From: Myxococcota bacterium
GTDB taxonomy: Bacteria; Myxococcota; UBA4151
Length of the DNA stretch: 64,000 nucleotides
NCBI GenBank assembly: GCA_036338695.1
Contig: JAYZBQ010000015.1
Coordinates: 90,892 to 154,891 of the forward strand
Reading direction: 5' to 3'
Part shown: positions 19,204 to 32,379 of the stretch, piece by piece
How the letters are laid out: every line of letters begins with the position of its first letter
Numbering within the stretch: the first letter of the stretch is position 1
The notes under the pieces: model-generated
Told to the model about the DNA's origin: nothing
What the model saw: the letters and a program-made list of their open reading frames with translations, nothing else
The model's database searches: none
Made by a program: the position numbers and the translations under genes

Positions 19204-20364
19204 ATGAAAATTCACGAGTATCAGGGCAAGTCGATCTTGGCTGAGTTCGGTGTCCCGGTCCCGAAGGGGCGCGTCATTGACCAGCCCGCCGAGGCGGCTG
19301 CCGTCTACGACGAGTTGGGCGGTCCTCTTTGCGTCGTCAAGGCGCAGATCCACGCTGGCGGGCGCGGCAAGGGCGGCGGTGTTAAGCTCGCACGCAGCGC
19401 CGCTGAGGCGGTGGAGCATGCCGAAGCGATTCTTGGGATGCAGCTGGTGACGCACCAGACAGGTCCTGAGGGTAAAGAGGTCCTCAAGGTGCTCATCGAG
19501 GAGGGGACCGACATCGCGCGGGAACTGTACGTGGCGATGGTCCCAGACCGGGAGACGCAGCGCGTCTGTTTGATGGCATCGACCGAGGGCGGGATGGACA
19601 TCGAGAAGGTCGCTGAAGAGACACCTGAGAAGATCCTTAAAGAGTGGGTTGAGCCGGCGGTCGGCCTGAGCGGCTATCAGTGCCGCAAGATCGCCTACGC
19701 GCTCGGTATCGAGGGCGGCGCTGTGCGCCAGATGGGCAAGGTCCTGACCGGGCTGTACAAAGCCTTCATGGCGAAGGACGCGTCGCTGGCAGAGATCAAC
19801 CCGCTCGTGGTCACAGGTGATAACGAGATCATCGCGCTGGACGCCAAGTTCAACTTTGACTCCAACGCCATGTACCGCCAGAAGGCGGTCGCCGAGATGC
19901 GGGACCTGAGCGAGGAGGACGCTCGCGAGATCGAGGCGAGCAAGTACGACCTGGCGTACATCGCGCTCGACGGCAACATCGGCTGTCTGGTCAACGGGGC
20001 GGGGCTCGCCATGGCGACCATGGACACCATCAAGCTGTACGGCGGTGAGCCCGCCAACTTCCTCGACGTGGGGGGCGGAGCGACCACCGAGAAGGTGACC
20101 GCTGCCTTTAAGCTGATCCTCGCAGACTCGGCGGTTCGCTGCGTTATGGTGAACATCTTCGGCGGCATCATGAAATGTGACGTCATCGCTCAAGGTGTCG
20201 TGGCTGCGGCGCAAGAGGTGGGGCTGAATGTCCCCTTGGTCGTGCGCTTAGCGGGTACCAACGTGGAGCTTGGACAAAAGATTTTAGCGGACTCGGGTCT
20301 ACCCATTATCTCCGCTGACAATATGGGCGACGCGGCGCGCAAAGCTGTGGAGGCGGCAAACTAA
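19204..20364 (+). CDS. sucC: Succinyl-CoA ligase beta subunit
   Basis: Motifs [33 protein letters not shown] and [10 protein letters not shown]. Confidence 0.98.
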   Translation: MKIHEYQGKSILAEFGVPVPKGRVIDQPAEAAAVYDELGGPLCVVKAQIHAGGRGKGGGVKLARSAAEAVEHAEAILGMQLVTHQTGPEGKEVLKVLIEEGTDIARELYVAMVPDRETQRVCLMASTEGGMDIEKVAEETPEKILKEWVEPAVGLSGYQCRKIAYALGIEGGAVRQMGKVLTGLYKAFMAKDASLAEINPLVVTGDNEIIALDAKFNFDSNAMYRQKAVAEMRDLSEEDAREIEASKYDLAYIALDGNIGCLVNGAGLAMATMDTIKLYGGEPANFLDVGGGATTEKVTAAFKLILADSAVRCVMVNIFGGIMKCDVIAQGVVAAAQEVGLNVPLVVRLAGTNVELGQKILADSGLPIISADNMGDAARKAVEAAN

Positions 20365-21249
20365 ATGAGCATCTTTATCGATAAGAACACCAAGGTGATG
20401 GTGCAGGGAATCACAGGCTCAGCCGGGAGCTTTCACGCAGGGCAGATGGTCAGCTACGGCACGCAGGTGGTCGCAGGGGTCACGCCAGGGCGCGGCGGTC
20501 AGACCTTTAACGAGTCGGTGCCCGTGTTCAACACGGTCGCAGAAGCGGCCGCTGAGACGGGCGCTAATGCGACGGCTATCTTTGTGCCTCCGCCGTTTGC
20601 TGCGGACGCCATCTTGGAAGCGTGCGACGCAGGGATCGAGACGATCGTTGCCATCACCGAGGGGATCCCGGTCCTCGACATGATCGGCGTGCGCGCCGCC
20701 ATGAAGGGCAGCGCCAGCCGACTGATCGGACCGAACTGCCCGGGCATTATCACGCCGGGTGAGTGCAAGATCGGGATCATGCCAGGGCACATTCACCAGT
20801 CCGGCCGGATCGGTGTCGTGAGCAAGTCGGGTACGCTGACCTACGAGGCGGTTGGGCAGCTCAGCGCGCTGAACATCGGACAGTCGACCTGCATCGGGAT
20901 TGGCGGGGATCCGGTCAACGGCACCAACTTCATCGACGTGCTCGAAGCCTTCGAGGCGGATCAGGACACCGACGGGATCATCATGATCGGAGAGATCGGT
21001 GGAAACGCTGAGGAAGAGGCGGCGGCGTGGATCGCCGATCACTTCACCAAGCCGGTGGTGGGCTTCATCGCCGGTATGACGGCACCTCCGGGCAAGCGGA
21101 TGGGGCACGCCGGGGCGATCATCAGCGGTGGCTCAGGGACGGCAAGCGCCAAGGTCGCTGCTCTGCGGGAGGCGGGCGCGACGGTCGTTGACTCGCCGTC
21201 GGAGATGGGCGTGGCCATGCAGGCGTTGCTCGCATCGAAGGGCGCGTAA
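20365..21249 (+). CDS. sucD: Succinyl-CoA ligase alpha subunit
   Basis: Motifs QGITG, GPNCPG, SGTLTYE and RMGHAGAI. Confidence 0.98.
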   Translation: MSIFIDKNTKVMVQGITGSAGSFHAGQMVSYGTQVVAGVTPGRGGQTFNESVPVFNTVAEAAAETGANATAIFVPPPFAADAILEACDAGIETIVAITEGIPVLDMIGVRAAMKGSASRLIGPNCPGIITPGECKIGIMPGHIHQSGRIGVVSKSGTLTYEAVGQLSALNIGQSTCIGIGGDPVNGTNFIDVLEAFEADQDTDGIIMIGEIGGNAEEEAAAWIADHFTKPVVGFIAGMTAPPGKRMGHAGAIISGGSGTASAKVAALREAGATVVDSPSEMGVAMQALLASKGA

Positions 21250-21337
21250 CGCTCCGTACGATGACCGGCTGAGGGTAACCCATGTTGACTTTGGCGGCGG
21301 CTTTCATCACAAGCCTTCGCGTGATGAGGGGGTGGTG

Positions 21338-21658
21338 ATGGCAAAGCAGGATCTCCCGAGCGTTCGACGCTCTGAAATTATCGAACGCTTCGCGCAGCGC
21401 GTGATGGTAGACAACCTCAGCGCGGATGACGCCGCGCTGGTGGCGAATACGATCCTCGATAGCCTGCGCCAGGCGTTGATCGACGGACAGCGCATCGAGA
21501 TCCGTGGCTTTGGCACCTTTACGGTGAATCATTACCAAGCGCGTAAGGGGCGTCACCCTAAGAACCCCAACCAAACCATCGACGTCGCCGCCAAACGACT
21601 CCCGCGCTTTCGCCCCGGTAAGGCGCTGCGCGAAGCGGTGATGGAGTCCGCTAAATAG
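21338..21658 (+). CDS. HU/IHF family DNA-binding protein (IHF beta-like)
   Basis: Motifs [18 protein letters not shown] and [11 protein letters not shown]. Confidence 0.9.
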   Translation: MAKQDLPSVRRSEIIERFAQRVMVDNLSADDAALVANTILDSLRQALIDGQRIEIRGFGTFTVNHYQARKGRHPKNPNQTIDVAAKRLPRFRPGKALREAVMESAK

Positions 21659-21674
21659 CCTCGGAGACAATCGC

Positions 21675-24896
<3,222 letters not shown>

Positions 24897-24932
24897 GGCG
24901 AGGGCGAGCGACGAAGAGTCAAGGGGAGCGCC

Positions 24933-25430
24933 ATGGCGATTGAACGGGTCTTGTTGACGGTGACCGGACACGAGCGGCTCTCAGCCGAATTCCACAAGAT
25001 GAAAACCGAAACCCGCCCGGCGGTTGTGCAAGAGCTGAGCGAGGCGCGCGCCCACGGCGACTTGAGCGAGAACGCAGAGTACCACGCCGCCAAAGAGAAG
25101 CTCGCCTTTGTCGATACCCGTATTGGTTATCTCGAAGATCGCTTGACGCGCGCCGAGGTGATCGACGTCAACGAGACCGTTGGCGAGGTCGTGCGCTTTG
25201 GAGCGACGGTGACCCTGCTGGATTTCGATGACGACACCGAGTCGCGCTACCAGATCGTCGGTGAGGAAGAAGCGGATCTCGACGCGCTCCGCATCAGCAC
25301 ATCGAGCCCCGTCGCCATGGCGGTGATGGGTAAGAGCGAGGGCGACGTGATCGAGCTCAAGCTGCCGGCAGGTGTACGCGACTTGGAGATCGTCCGAGTC
25401 GAATACGTCGAAAACCCGCAACTGGTGTGA
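24933..25430 (+). CDS. greA: Transcription elongation factor GreA
   Basis: Motif ARAHGDLSENAEYHAAK and carB-greA synteny. Confidence 0.96.
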   Translation: MAIERVLLTVTGHERLSAEFHKMKTETRPAVVQELSEARAHGDLSENAEYHAAKEKLAFVDTRIGYLEDRLTRAEVIDVNETVGEVVRFGATVTLLDFDDDTESRYQIVGEEEADLDALRISTSSPVAMAVMGKSEGDVIELKLPAGVRDLEIVRVEYVENPQLV

Positions 25431-26449
25431 TGAAGCCCTTACCCGGGCGGATCAAGAGCCAGCCAGAAGACTTCGGCGTCACGGAGCTGCCCGCCTTTAG
25501 CCCCGAGGGCTCGGGCGACCACCTGTATCTATGGGTCGAGAAGCTCGGCGTCTCAACGCCGCACCTGATCGCTCAGCTGGCTCGGCGATGTCAGCTGGCG
25601 TCGGGCGCTGTCGGCGTCGCAGGCAGGAAAGACAAGCAGGCGATCACGCGCCAATGGGTCAGCCTTCCGACGACCACTGGCGGCGACTTGTCCCTCCTGC
25701 CTGACGATGGCGAGCGGTGCGCGCTCAACGATGGCTGGTACCGGATCCTCAACAGGGCCGATCACCGCCGGCGGCTTAAGGTGGGCGCGCTGCGCGGCAA
25801 CGCCTTTCGTCTCATCGTTCGTGAACTCGACGCAGAGCAACGCACCGAGCTGCTGCGCCGCTGCGCTGAGGTCTCGGCGGCAGGATATTTGGTCAACGCT
25901 TATGGGGAGCAGCGATTCGTCGACCCCGAGGCGCTCGATCAAGCTCGAGCGCTCTTTGAGCGCAAGCGTCTGCGCGGCCGTAAAGACAGCTTCGTGCTGA
26001 GCGTCGCTCAAGCCGCCATTTTCAATCGCTACCTCGCACGCCGACTCGAGCATCCCGAGCCGCTCTCGGGTGAATGGTACGGGACCGCTCGAGGCGGGCG
26101 CTTTGACGGGGCTCGAGATGAGCCGAATCGACTGATCGAACGGCTCGAGGCGGGCGAGATTGTCCCGCTCGCGCCGATGTTGGGTCGAGATGTTCAGCCG
26201 ACAGGAGCGTGCTCCGAGTTGGTGGCGAGCTGCTGCGCAGAGCTTGGTTTTGAGGGCGTCGATTGGGCCGCTTTTGGCAAGCGGCTTCGGGGAACGTGGA
26301 GGCCGACGAGGGTGGCGCTCGATGGCCTCGAGGGGTTGGAAGAGGATCACGCGGTGACGCTGCGCTTTGACCTCCCGGCGGGCGCGTACGCCACCGTCTT
26401 GACCGCTCGATTATTGGAGGGACGGTGGACCTTTCCCTACAGCAGCTGA
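25427..26449 (+). CDS. truD: tRNA pseudouridine(13) synthase
   Basis: Motifs PEDF.V.E, GRKDKQAITRQ, L.GNAF, NAYGEQRF and LPAGAYAT. Confidence 0.9.
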   Translation: MMKPLPGRIKSQPEDFGVTELPAFSPEGSGDHLYLWVEKLGVSTPHLIAQLARRCQLASGAVGVAGRKDKQAITRQWVSLPTTTGGDLSLLPDDGERCALNDGWYRILNRADHRRRLKVGALRGNAFRLIVRELDAEQRTELLRRCAEVSAAGYLVNAYGEQRFVDPEALDQARALFERKRLRGRKDSFVLSVAQAAIFNRYLARRLEHPEPLSGEWYGTARGGRFDGARDEPNRLIERLEAGEIVPLAPMLGRDVQPTGACSELVASCCAELGFEGVDWAAFGKRLRGTWRPTRVALDGLEGLEEDHAVTLRFDLPAGAYATVLTARLLEGRWTFPYSS

Positions 26450-27285
26450 CGGTCAGCGCATCGGGGCGGCCGGAGCAGGTGCTTGCGCAACAGCTCGGTT
26501 TGAGCCGGCGCGTGTTGACCCACTGGCTCAAGGAGGGGCGGTTGTTAGCCGGCGGTCGAGTGATCGCCAAAGGGGAGCGACTCGCCGCCGGGCAGTCGGT
26601 GGGGCTGCGACTTGATGGTCAACTCGGCTGCTGGGTTGAGCCTGCGAGCGAGCCGCTCGCGCTGCTCTGCCAAGCTTCGGACTGGATGGCGCTCGATAAG
26701 CCCGCAGGGATGCCGAGCCATCTCAGGCTGCCCTTTGAGCGCGGCACCGCGCTGAACCATTTCGTTGCCCATGACTCAGCTTGCGCCACGATCGGTCCCG
26801 ACCGCCTACAAGCCGGACTCCTTCATCGGCTGGATAATGACACCTCGGGTGCGCTGATCGCGGCGAGGACACCGCAGGCTTATCGGGCGCTGCGTGAAGC
26901 CTTTCGTGTGGGCGCCGTTCGGCGCGTCTACCGAGCCCGGGTGAGCCCACAAGCCGGTGGTTTTCCTCAGGGCGAAGGGGTGTTTGAGAAGCGGCTCCTT
27001 GCGCGTGGTGCGCGCGTGGTGGTCGATTCGTTAGGGCGAGCGACGCGGACGACCTGGCGAGCGCTCGACGCCTTCGGCTTGCTCGAGCTCTCGCTCGAGA
27101 CCGGACACCGGCATCAGCTGCGGGTACACCTCGCTGATCACGGCTGGCCGATTGAGGGCGACCTCCTTTACGGCGGCGCGCCGCAGCAACGGTTAGCGCT
27201 TCACTGTGTCGCGCTGTCTTGGCGTGACCTTGAGGTCGAGGCGCCGACGCCAGCGGGCCTGCAGCCTAGAGATGAGATGCGCTGA
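26425..27285 (+). CDS. RluA family pseudouridine synthase
   Basis: Motifs DKPAG, HRLDNDTSG, TGHRHQLRVHL and GDLLYG. Confidence 0.9.
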   Translation: MDLSLQQLTVSASGRPEQVLAQQLGLSRRVLTHWLKEGRLLAGGRVIAKGERLAAGQSVGLRLDGQLGCWVEPASEPLALLCQASDWMALDKPAGMPSHLRLPFERGTALNHFVAHDSACATIGPDRLQAGLLHRLDNDTSGALIAARTPQAYRALREAFRVGAVRRVYRARVSPQAGGFPQGEGVFEKRLLARGARVVVDSLGRATRTTWRALDAFGLLELSLETGHRHQLRVHLADHGWPIEGDLLYGGAPQQRLALHCVALSWRDLEVEAPTPAGLQPRDEMR

Positions 27286-27470
27286 GCGCTGATCGGTCGC
27301 TCTATGCGGGGCTTTTTCCTTGACCCCAACACGCCGTGAGCGCAAAAGCCGGCGCCTGATCGGGCTGGGTCTGCCACCAGCTCCTATTTTATCGAAGTGA
27401 TGCGCCGGGCAGACGGCGCCCTAATCCGATGTCTGAGATGGGCTTGGACACGGCTGAATAAGAGGGTCGC

Positions 27471-29216
27471 ATGACCGAGACTGAATTTTCCACAAACGAA
27501 ATGGGCCAGCTGCTTGAAGCCGGTCTAACCTTTGAAGACTTGCTGAACCAAGCGGAGCCCGAAGAGTCCCGCTTTGAAGAAGGTAAGCTGGTCGAAGGGA
27601 CCATCATTGAGGTGCACCGTGACTACGTCGTCGTCGACGTCGGTTACAAGAGCGAGGGGATGATCTCTCGGCACGAGTTCCGCTCGACGCCAGAGGAAGA
27701 GCTCGTCGCCGGTACCAAGGTGACGGTGTACATCGAGCACAAAGAGAACGAGCAAGGCTACTTGGACGTGTCCAAGGAGAAAGCCGACCGACTCAAGGTC
27801 TGGGACGAGATCGCCGAGGCTTTCGAAAAAGACGAGGTGGTTACTGGGACCATCATCGGGCGCGTCAAAGGTGGGATGCACGTCGACATCGGAGTCAAAG
27901 CCTTCCTGCCGGGTTCGCAGGTCGACCTGCGCCCCGTACGCAACTACGACCGCCTGGTCGGTGAGTCGATGGACTTCAAGATCATCAAGTTCAACCGCCG
28001 CCGCCCGAACATCGTCCTGTCGCGTCGTGCGCTGCTCGAGAAAGAGCGCGCGTCGATGCGTACGGACACGCTTGAGCGCCTCCAAGAGGGCGCCGTCCTC
28101 AAGGGCATCGTCAAGAACCTGACCGACTACGGCGCCTTCATCGACATGGGCGGCATCGACGGGTTGTTGCACATCACTGACATGAGCTGGGGCCGCGTGA
28201 ACCACCCGGGTCAGCTGTACAACGTGGGTGATGAGGTCGAGGTCAAGGTCCTCAAGTTTGACACCGAGAAAGAGCGTGTCTCGCTGGGTATCAAGCAGCT
28301 TACTGAGGACCCGTGGTTCGAAGCCAAGGACAAGTATCCGCTGGGTATGAACGTCAAGGGCAACGTGGTCTCCATGACCGACTACGGCGCCTTCATCGAG
28401 ATTGAGCCGGGTGTTGAAGGTCTGGTCCACGTGACCGAGATGAGCTGGACGCGCCGCATCAAGCACCCCTCCAAGATGGTGGCGCTCGGTGACGAGGTCG
28501 AGGCACGCGTCCTCGACATCGACTTGGAGAACAAGCGCATCAGCCTTGGCATGAAGCAGCTCGAAGAGAACCCGTGGCACACCCTGGCTGAGCGTTATCC
28601 CGTCGGGACCGTGATCCAAGGACGCATCCGCAACCTGACCGAGTTCGGTGTCTTTGTGGGTGTGGAAGAGGGGATCGACGGCTTAGTGCACATCAGCGAC
28701 CTGAGCTGGACCCACCGCGTGCGGCACCCGAGCGAGGTGTACCAAAAGGGTGACGAGGTCGAAGCCGTGGTGCTCGATATCGACGCCTCAAACGAGCGCT
28801 TCAGCCTCGGCATCAAGCAGCTGCACCCCGATCCGTGGGAGTCGCTGACCAACGAATACCCGCGTGGCTCGAAGGTCATGGGCACGGTGAAGAAGCTCAC
28901 CGACTATGGCGCCTTCATCGAGCTCGCAGAGGGCATCGAGGGGCTTTGCCACGTCAGCGAGCTCTCCGAAGAGCGTGTGGACAGCCCGGCAGACGTCCTC
29001 AAGATCGGTCAAGAGGTGGAAGTCCTGGTGATCGACCTCGACCCGGCGGATCGCCGCATCGGCTTGTCGCTCAAGGCGGTGGGTCGCGCTGACGAGATCG
29101 TCGACTACCGAGCGTACCTGAGCGATGGTGTCTCCTCGCAGCAAGGTGACGCGAACGGTGGGACGACCTTGGGCGAAGCCTTCGGCGACGTCTTAGGGAA
29201 CCTGAAGGACGACTAA
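27471..29216 (+). CDS. rpsA: 30S ribosomal protein S1
   Basis: Six S1 domains (TDYGAF..GLxHxSxxSW repeats) and a C-terminal TLGEAF. Confidence 0.97.
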   Translation: MTETEFSTNEMGQLLEAGLTFEDLLNQAEPEESRFEEGKLVEGTIIEVHRDYVVVDVGYKSEGMISRHEFRSTPEEELVAGTKVTVYIEHKENEQGYLDVSKEKADRLKVWDEIAEAFEKDEVVTGTIIGRVKGGMHVDIGVKAFLPGSQVDLRPVRNYDRLVGESMDFKIIKFNRRRPNIVLSRRALLEKERASMRTDTLERLQEGAVLKGIVKNLTDYGAFIDMGGIDGLLHITDMSWGRVNHPGQLYNVGDEVEVKVLKFDTEKERVSLGIKQLTEDPWFEAKDKYPLGMNVKGNVVSMTDYGAFIEIEPGVEGLVHVTEMSWTRRIKHPSKMVALGDEVEARVLDIDLENKRISLGMKQLEENPWHTLAERYPVGTVIQGRIRNLTEFGVFVGVEEGIDGLVHISDLSWTHRVRHPSEVYQKGDEVEAVVLDIDASNERFSLGIKQLHPDPWESLTNEYPRGSKVMGTVKKLTDYGAFIELAEGIEGLCHVSELSEERVDSPADVLKIGQEVEVLVIDLDPADRRIGLSLKAVGRADEIVDYRAYLSDGVSSQQGDANGGTTLGEAFGDVLGNLKDD

Positions 29217-29241
29217 TCCCTGGTTGTAGGGATGGTCACCC

Positions 29242-29282
29242 AACAAGGACGGCGGCGGCTCATGCCGCCGTCTTTGTTTTTT
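29242..29282 (+). terminator. Intrinsic terminator after rpsA
   Basis: AACAAGGACGGCGGC-7 nt-GCCGCCGTCTTTGTT followed by a T run. Confidence 0.88.
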
Positions 29283-29305
29283 GAAAGTGAGCGAGGATAC
29301 GAGGG

Positions 29306-29842
29306 ATGCGAATCGTTGGGGGAGCGTGGCGCGGCCGTCGGCTGAAGTCACCGGGAGAGATCAAGGGGGTCCGCCCGACCTCAGATCGGCTGCGCGAGGC
29401 GCTCTTTAACATCCTTGCTGCCCGTGTGCGCGGCTGCAGCTTCGTCGACCTCTACGCCGGTACCGGCGCCGTCGGGCTCGAGGCCGCCTCGCGCGGCGCC
29501 GCTGAGGTGGTGTTGGTCGAGCGCGCTCGGCGCGCCCAGGTCTTGTGCCTCGCCAACATCGAAGCCTGTCGTGCGGGCGAGCGGGTCACGCTGCGCAAAG
29601 CATCGGCGGAGCGTCCTGGTGCATTGCCCATCGCCGACATTGCCTTTGCCGACCCTCCGTACGCACAGGCGGCTCAGACGAGCCTCGATACGCTGCTCTC
29701 GGTGCGCGTGGCGCCGGGCGGTTGCTGGTGTCTTGAGCTCGCCGCCGACAGCGACCCACCTCAGCCTCCTGTTGGCGTTGCGGTGGTCCTCGACCGCGTG
29801 TACGGGGGGTCTAGGTTGATCATCTACGAGCAGGTTGACTGA
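29306..29842 (+). CDS. rsmD: 16S rRNA m2G966 methyltransferase
   Basis: Motifs MRIVGG.WRGRRL, RPTSDRLREALFN, DLYAGTG and DPPY. Adjacent to coaD. Confidence 0.93.
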   Translation: MRIVGGAWRGRRLKSPGEIKGVRPTSDRLREALFNILAARVRGCSFVDLYAGTGAVGLEAASRGAAEVVLVERARRAQVLCLANIEACRAGERVTLRKASAERPGALPIADIAFADPPYAQAAQTSLDTLLSVRVAPGGCWCLELAADSDPPQPPVGVAVVLDRVYGGSRLIIYEQVD

Positions 29843-30321
29843 TGAAGCGAGCCGTCTACGCAGGCAGTTTTGACCCGATGACCAACGGTCATTTGGATAT
29901 CATTCAGCGCGGTTTGGTCCTGGCGGAAGAGCTGATCGTCGCCGTGGCGGTCAACACAAGTAAGTCGAATGGGCTGTTTGATTTAGACGCGCGCGTGGAG
30001 ATGATCCGTTCCGTGATCGGCGATGACAAACGGGTACGCGTGATGAAGCTCGACGGTTTGTTGACCGACTTCTGCAAGCGCGAGGGCATCCAGCTGATGT
30101 TGCGCGGTTTGCGGGCCGTCTCTGACTTTGAAAAAGAGCTGCAGATGGCCAACATGAACCGCCAGCTCTCGAGCGCCGTAGAGACGGTCTTCTTGATGAC
30201 GGACGCCGAGCACTTTTATGTCAGCAGCTCACTGGTGCGTGAGATCGCAAAGCTCGGCGGACCGATCGATCAGTTTGTGCCACCTCAGGTCGCAGCGGCG
30301 ATGAGCGAACGCCGATCATGA
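29842..30321 (+). CDS. coaD: Pantetheine-phosphate adenylyltransferase
   Basis: Motifs GSFDPMTNGHLD, RGLRAVSDFEKE and VSSSLVRE. Confidence 0.97.
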   Translation: MKRAVYAGSFDPMTNGHLDIIQRGLVLAEELIVAVAVNTSKSNGLFDLDARVEMIRSVIGDDKRVRVMKLDGLLTDFCKREGIQLMLRGLRAVSDFEKELQMANMNRQLSSAVETVFLMTDAEHFYVSSSLVREIAKLGGPIDQFVPPQVAAAMSERRS

Positions 30322-31499
30322 CGCAGCACATCGCAAGCCGCGCCCAGCGCCTGCAGCCCTCACCAACTCTTGCGGTGTCGAGCCAAGCGAAAGCCATGCG
30401 GGCGCAAGGGCACCCCGTGATCTCGCTCGCAGCCGGTGAGCCGGACTTGGCGACGCCGGAGGTGGTGATCAAGGCCGCTCAGCGTGCGCTGGAGGCAGGC
30501 GCGACACGCTATACGCCGGTCAAGGGGATCCCGAAGCTCTGCGCCGCCATCGCCGACGATTCCAAGAGGGCGCGCCAGGTCGCGTGCGACCCGGAGCGAG
30601 AGGTGATCGTGACCGTGGGCGCAAAGCAGGCGCTCTATAACGCCTTTCAGGTCTTGCTCGAGCCCGGCGATGAGGTTTTGCTGCCGCTGCCGAGTTGGGT
30701 CAGTTACGCCCCTCAGGTGGAGCTTGCGGGCGGGGTCGCTGTTCCGGTTGCGGGGCGAGCGGAACTCGGATTTTATCCGTCGATCGAGGCGCTGGAGCAA
30801 GCCGTAAGCGATCGCAGCCGTTTGCTGGTGCTCACGTCTCCGAGCAACCCGACGGGCTTAGTCGCGCAGCCATCTCAGGTCGAAGCTGTGTGCCATTGGG
30901 CGGTGAGCCGCGGGCTCACCATCATCAGCGATGAGATCTACCGGCGCATTTGCTTCCGTGACGCGCCGGCGCTGCTAAGCCCGCAGACGGTGGTGGGTAC
31001 CGAGCATGTGGTGGTGGTTGATGGGGTCTCGAAAAGCCACTGCATGACCGGTTGGCGGATCGGCTGGGCGGTGGCGCCGTCTTCGGTGATCGGCGCGATG
31101 GCGAAGCTGCAGAGCCACCAGACCTCGAACGCTGCAGCGGTTGCCCAGCACGCAGCGTTCACGGCGCTTCTTGAGGCGGACGACCATGTGCGCCAGCTGG
31201 TCCAGAGCCTGGAGGCGCGTCGTGACGTCTTCGTCCCACGCCTCAGATCGATCGAGGGGCTCGAGGCGCTATGGCCTCAGGGTGCTTTCTACGTCTTCGC
31301 CGACGTTCGACAGGCGCTCGCCGAGGGCGAGGACGACCTTGCGTTTTGCCAAGGCTTGCTGCGTGAGCAGGCGGTGGCTGCGGTGCCTGGCTCGGCGTTT
31401 GGGGCGCCTGGCTGGTTGCGCTTGAGTCTGGCTGCGCCACAGGCTGACCTCGACGCCGCAGCTGATCGGATCGAGGCTTATCTGAATGACCGAGGCTGA
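30318..31499 (+). CDS. PLP-dependent class I/II (aspartate-type) aminotransferase
   Basis: Motifs GEPD, GAKQAL, PSNPTG, DEIY and SKSHCMTGWRIG. Confidence 0.93.
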   Translation: MTQHIASRAQRLQPSPTLAVSSQAKAMRAQGHPVISLAAGEPDLATPEVVIKAAQRALEAGATRYTPVKGIPKLCAAIADDSKRARQVACDPEREVIVTVGAKQALYNAFQVLLEPGDEVLLPLPSWVSYAPQVELAGGVAVPVAGRAELGFYPSIEALEQAVSDRSRLLVLTSPSNPTGLVAQPSQVEAVCHWAVSRGLTIISDEIYRRICFRDAPALLSPQTVVGTEHVVVVDGVSKSHCMTGWRIGWAVAPSSVIGAMAKLQSHQTSNAAAVAQHAAFTALLEADDHVRQLVQSLEARRDVFVPRLRSIEGLEALWPQGAFYVFADVRQALAEGEDDLAFCQGLLREQAVAAVPGSAFGAPGWLRLSLAAPQADLDAAADRIEAYLNDRG

Positions 31500-32379
31500 G
31501 CTCGTCGCTCTGCTGCGCCGGCGAGCCGGTGACGCCTCCTCGCTTGCGATCGCTTTCTCGGCAGGGTTGGACAGCACGGCGTTGGCGCGGCTAGCGGTTG
31601 AGGCCGGCTTGCGGCCAATGCTCTTGCACGTTGATCACGGGACCGACTCTGCGCCGAGCGCGCGCCAGGTCGCGCAGCGCTTGAGCGCAGAGCTGCGGCT
31701 CGAGCTGCGGGTACTCAAGGCGGAGTTTGATGAGCAGGGCGGGGGGTTTGAGGCGACGGCGCGCCGAGCACGCTATCAGGCGCTGGAGGCGGCTTGGCGC
31801 GGAACGGTCTGGCTCGCGCAGACGCGCGATGACTGGATCGAGACCGTCTGGATGCGCTTTCTGAGCGGCTCGACACCTGTCTATTGGTCGACCATGCCTG
31901 AGCGCAGAGGGCGTTTTGAGCGCCCGCTAATAACCGTTCGGCGCAGCCTGTTACAGAGGCGAAGCAGCGGCGCCCACGCCGACCCGATGAACGCGAGCGA
32001 TCGCTTTGATCGGGTGCATCTGAGGCGGTCGGGGGTCCTTGAGCGCATCGACCCGGAGGGGGCGCTCGCCGACGCCATCAGCGGAATAGGAGTCCGTGTG
32101 AGGCGGTTGCAACTGCGAGCATGGGATGTCCCGCTCGAGGAGTTGACCATGGAGCTGCGCGTGCTGTCCGTGCGAGCCGCGCTCGCCGACCTCTGGCGAG
32201 GCGTGCGAGTACGTCAGTCGTTTGTGCGTGAGCTGGCGCAGGCCGCCGGACGGCCAAGTCGAAAAACCCGCCGTTTTTGCGCAGCGGGCCGTACGGTATA
32301 CTTGCGAGACGGTAGGTTGGTGCTTAGCTTAGAAGAGAATGTCGAATCCGGCGCAACAAGGCGTCTGGGCGAGGAGTGA
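31486..32379 (+). CDS. tilS: tRNA(Ile)-lysidine synthetase, short and divergent
   Basis: PP-loop SAGLDS, HVDHG, E..AR.ARY and RPL. Directly upstream of ftsH. Confidence 0.75.
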   Translation: MTEAELVALLRRRAGDASSLAIAFSAGLDSTALARLAVEAGLRPMLLHVDHGTDSAPSARQVAQRLSAELRLELRVLKAEFDEQGGGFEATARRARYQALEAAWRGTVWLAQTRDDWIETVWMRFLSGSTPVYWSTMPERRGRFERPLITVRRSLLQRRSSGAHADPMNASDRFDRVHLRRSGVLERIDPEGALADAISGIGVRVRRLQLRAWDVPLEELTMELRVLSVRAALADLWRGVRVRQSFVRELAQAAGRPSRKTRRFCAAGRTVYLRDGRLVLSLEENVESGATRRLGEE

